NCBI GenBank assembly: GCA_950072105.1
Contig: CATMOE010000027.1
Coordinates: forward strand, 1 to 48,226
Direction of reading: 5' to 3'
Origin: an uncultured Dehalococcoidia bacterium
GTDB taxonomy: Bacteria > Chloroflexota > Dehalococcoidia > Lucifugimonadales > UBA3495
DNA length: 48,226 nucleotides
Shown here: one piece after another, positions 47,091-48,226 of the stretch
Layout of the letters: every line of letters starts with the position of its first letter
How positions within the stretch are numbered: the first letter of the stretch is position 1
Program-made: the position numbers and the translations under genes
Notes under the pieces: model-generated
What the model saw: the letters and a program-made list of their open reading frames with translations, nothing else
The model's database searches: none
Told to the model about the DNA's origin: nothing

Positions 47091-48226
47091 ATGAAATTAT
47101 CTTGCTTGCAGGAAAACCTGAGCCGGGGACTAGGTATCGTCGGCCGGGCGGTAGCCAACCGGTCCACCTTGCCCATCACCCAGAACGTGCTGATCAGCAC
47201 GGACCAGTCGATGCTAAAGCTGTCGGCGACGAACCTGGAGATCGCCATGACTACCTGGATCGGGGCGATGGTTGAGGAAGAAGGAACCATTACTGTTCCC
47301 GCCAGGCTGCTCACCGAATTCGTCAACTCCTTGCCCAGCGAACGGATCGACATTGAATTGGAGCAGGGGTCAGGTGTTTTAAAGCTTTCCTGCGGGCAAA
47401 ATAAGGCTAACATTCACGGCGCGGATCCCAGCGAATTTCCTCCCATTCCCACGGTGGAAGACGGAATCGCGGCTAGCATCGACCCTGCAGTATTGAGGGC
47501 GGCCATCAACCGTGTAGCCTTTGCAGCGGCCACTGAGGAATCCCGCCCAGTTTTGACTGGGGTTGAACTCAAGTTGGGAGGAGACAAGTTCAGCTTGGCC
47601 GCCGCCGACGGGTTCCGCTTGGCGGTGCAGCACGGCGCTTTGAACGCACCGATTGATACCGAGATGAAGGTTATAGTTCCGGCCCGCACGTTGAACGAGA
47701 TTGGCAGGATGTTGAGCGATCAAGAGGAGCCGGTCGAAATTGTGATGTCTCCGGCCAAGGGACAGGTCCTGTTCCGGATTACCGGCAGCCAGACGATCGA
47801 GACGGTTTCCCAATTGCTGCAAGGCTCCTTCCCCAACTACGAGCAACTTATTCCCCAATCCTACGAAACTCGCGCTATCTTCGACCTGCCGGCGTTGCTG
47901 CGGGCGGCGCGCACGGCGGCCATTTTCGCCCGGGACGGTAGCAACATTATCCGGCTTCATGTGGTGCCCGGCGAGAACGGCGATTCCCCGGGCAAGGTGA
48001 TTATCTCGGCCAAGTCGGAAGAGATCGGAGACAACGAGGACGAAGTGGTGGCCGATTCCATCGAAGGTGGGGAGGGCAAGATCGCCTTCAACAGCCGGTA
48101 TTTGCTAGACGTGCTGCAGGTGCTGGAACGAGGTAAAGTTGCCCTAGAAACGACCACATCGTCCAGCCCCGGCGTCTTCAAACCCACCGACTCCGAAGAC
48201 TACATCCACGTGGTCATGCCGATGTT
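47091..48226 (+). CDS. dnaN: DNA polymerase III beta clamp, truncated by the window end
   Basis: Not in the ORF track because it has no stop. Reads MKLSCLQENLSRGLGIVGRAV..., ATNLE, SRPVLTGV, ADGFRL, FPNYEQLIP and ends VVMPM. Confidence 0.95.
   Translation, partial: MKLSCLQENLSRGLGIVGRAVANRSTLPITQNVLISTDQSMLKLSATNLEIAMTTWIGAMVEEEGTITVPARLLTEFVNSLPSERIDIELEQGSGVLKLSCGQNKANIHGADPSEFPPIPTVEDGIAASIDPAVLRAAINRVAFAAATEESRPVLTGVELKLGGDKFSLAAADGFRLAVQHGALNAPIDTEMKVIVPARTLNEIGRMLSDQEEPVEIVMSPAKGQVLFRITGSQTIETVSQLLQGSFPNYEQLIPQSYETRAIFDLPALLRAARTAAIFARDGSNIIRLHVVPGENGDSPGKVIISAKSEEIGDNEDEVVADSIEGGEGKIAFNSRYLLDVLQVLERGKVALETTTSSSPGVFKPTDSEDYIHVVMPM

Noticed and set aside
46931..48187. Minus-strand ORFs at the right end
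   Set aside because: Shadows of dnaN on the + strand

Overview
A gene-dense, GC-rich bacterial chromosomal segment. Gene content (cofE, futalosine menaquinone genes, paralogous MFS, dienelactone hydrolase and class III aminotransferase genes, dnaN not preceded by dnaA) suggests Chloroflexota, probably Dehalococcoidia/SAR202-like; this is inference. It carries menaquinone genes (mqnA; ubiD-mqnP-ubiX-menG), an xanthine-dehydrogenase-family Mo enzyme operon with moaD, hisH/hisA, pduO-type adenosyltransferase, cofE, dinB, prfA/prmC, modABC with a divergent HTH-PBP regulator, alaX, a macrodomain gene and a truncated dnaN that the ORF track misses. The main result is two probable selenoproteins hidden by in-frame UGA codons. 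(1) A 214-aa MerB (organomercurial lyase)-like protein at 38692-39336 (-) has UGA at both positions matching the MerB catalytic cysteines. Each UGA is followed by a SECIS-like hairpin, and the read-through frame stops in a GTGA overlap with modA, making it the first gene of a molybdate/tungstate ABC operon. (2) A thioredoxin-NHL (NHLRC2/SOQ1-like) protein at about 25690-27174 (+) has the motif FWTYC-U-INC, a SECIS-like hairpin and a probable CUG start. Several families of short palindromic repeats are dispersed through the window, one translated as the HisH C-terminus, and one FG-GAP lipoprotein gene is frameshifted. No rRNA, tRNA, CRISPR array or transposase was recognised. All family assignments come from motif recognition by eye, without database searches.
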